Shown in pieces: positions 13,764 through 15,044 of a DNA stretch of 15,044 nt (the first letter of the stretch is position 1; the number at the start of each line of letters is the position of its first letter). Made by a program: the position numbers and the translations under genes. This DNA is from a virus. Taxonomy: Duplodnaviria; Heunggongvirae; Uroviricota; Caudoviricetes. The stretch is taken from IMG/VR virus record IMGVR_UViG_2713897056_000007; one strand, 5' to 3'. The notes beneath the pieces are model-generated. The model saw only the letters and a program-made list of their open reading frames with translations, did not search any database and was not told where the DNA came from.

Positions 13764-15044
13764 ATGAAATATCCGACAGGCGTGGAAAACCATGGAGGGA
13801 AATTACGTATCTGGTTTGTCTATAAAGGCGTAAGAGTCAGGGAAAATCTGGGGGTTCCTGACACAGCAAAAAACAGGCGCGTTGCAGGTGAACTACGCTC
13901 CTCTGTTTGTTACGCAATAAAAACTGGTGTTTTCGACTATGCAAAACAGTTTCCCTCCTCACGCAATCTGGAAAAATTTGGTGAGGCCCGACAAGATTTA
14001 ACCATAAAAGAACTGGCTGAAAAATTTCTGGCACTGAAAGAAACTGAAGTCGCCAAAACATCACTCAACACATACCGTGCCGTCATCAAAAATATCCTGA
14101 GCATAATCGGTGAAAAAAATCTTGCCTCATCGATTAATAAAGAAAAATTACTGGAGGTTCGTAAAGAGCTACTGACTGGATACCAGATCCCCAAAAGTAA
14201 CTATATTGTTACACAACCAGGGAGATCGGCTGTAACTGTAAATAATTACATGACAAATCTTAACGCCGTGTTCCAGTTTGGTGTTGATAACGGTTACCTG
14301 GCAGATAATCCGTTTAAGGGGATCTCGCCATTAAAGGAATCAAGAACCATTCCGGATCCTCTTTCGCGGGAGGAATTTATCCGTCTTATCGATGCGTGCA
14401 GAAATCAGCAAGCAAAAAATTTATGGTGTGTTTCTGTTTATACTGGCGTTCGCCCTGGTGAGCTGTGTGCACTTGGATGGGAGGACATAGATCTGAAAAA
14501 TGGAACAATGATGATCAGGAGAAATTTAGCAAAAGACCGTTTCACGGTACCAAAAACACAGGCAGGAACCAATCGGGTCATTCATCTTATTAAGCCAGCA
14601 ATCGACGCTCTCCGGAGTCAGATGACATTAACGAGACTGAGCAAAGAGCATATCATTAATGTTCACCTCAGAGAGTATGGCAGAACAGAAAAACAAAAAT
14701 GCACCTTTGTTTTTCAACCTGAAGTGTCAGCGAGAGTAAAAAATTATGGTGACCATTTTACCGTTGACTCAATAAGGCAGATGTGGGACGCAGCGATAAA
14801 ACGTGCCGGACTCCGCCATCGAAAATCATATCAGTCGAGACATACTTATGCCTGCTGGTCGCTGACAGCTGGTGCTAACCCGGCATTTATAGCAAACCAG
14901 ATGGGCCATGCAGATGCGCAAATGGTATTTCAGGTATACGGAAAATGGATGTCTGAAAACAATAATGCACAGGTAGCTTTGTTAAATACACAGTTAAGCG
15001 AGTTTGCCCCAACCATGCCCCATAACGAAGCAATGAAAAATTAA
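13764..15044 (+). CDS. Tyrosine site-specific integrase (lambda Int family)
   Basis: N-terminal arm-binding-like MKYPTGVENHGGKLRIWFVYKGVRVRENLG. Catalytic-domain motifs TGVRPGELCAL (Arg), SRHTYACW (His-x-x-Arg), MGHADAQMVFQVYGKWM (Tyr). Stop codon TAA is the last three bases of the window. Track ORF starts 5 codons earlier at an ATG with no SD. Confidence 0.9.
   Translation: MKYPTGVENHGGKLRIWFVYKGVRVRENLGVPDTAKNRRVAGELRSSVCYAIKTGVFDYAKQFPSSRNLEKFGEARQDLTIKELAEKFLALKETEVAKTSLNTYRAVIKNILSIIGEKNLASSINKEKLLEVRKELLTGYQIPKSNYIVTQPGRSAVTVNNYMTNLNAVFQFGVDNGYLADNPFKGISPLKESRTIPDPLSREEFIRLIDACRNQQAKNLWCVSVYTGVRPGELCALGWEDIDLKNGTMMIRRNLAKDRFTVPKTQAGTNRVIHLIKPAIDALRSQMTLTRLSKEHIINVHLREYGRTEKQKCTFVFQPEVSARVKNYGDHFTVDSIRQMWDAAIKRAGLRHRKSYQSRHTYACWSLTAGANPAFIANQMGHADAQMVFQVYGKWMSENNNAQVALLNTQLSEFAPTMPHNEAMKN

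Noticed and set aside
13837-14194. Minus-strand ORFs 13837-14064 and 13937-14194
   Set aside because: Antisense to the integrase gene.
1-15044. CRISPR arrays, tRNA or rRNA genes
   Set aside because: No regularly spaced direct repeats with unique spacers and no cloverleaf-compatible or rRNA-like segments were seen; the only periodic repeats are the 10-bp-spaced CGTGAC iterons inside the O-like gene.

Overview
This window reads as the early (immunity, replication, recombination) region of a lambdoid prophage from an E. coli-like genome, a mosaic with Qin-like and Rac-like parts, cut at its left edge by an IS3 copy. Gene names come from reading the translations and from remembered gene order; no database search was run. 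Left to right: partial IS3 (minus strand, OrfA N-terminus) inserted into a blc-like lipocalin gene; then a minus-strand rightward operon running from high to low coordinates: Cro-like YdaS, YdaT, a replisome-organizer (O-like) gene with internal iteron arrays, a 140-aa unknown, an AT-rich two-gene cassette of unknown function (3911-6040), a Hok toxin, a terminator, a nin-like unknown, YdfU-like DUF968/HNH protein, and a Q-like antiterminator with a tR'-like terminator. On the plus strand: a CI-like HTH/S24-peptidase repressor (apparently leaderless), ydfA/ydfB/ydfC-like small genes, the DicF sRNA, dicB, ydfD, an 823-aa exonuclease with a C-terminal DEDDh domain, an excisionase-like gene and a tyrosine integrase ending at the window edge. 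The most interesting element is the AT-rich cassette, one protein of which carries a HEPN-like RNxxxH motif; it sits where Qin carries relBE and is a candidate anti-phage or toxin-antitoxin module. No lysis or structural genes, tRNAs or CRISPR arrays are present.
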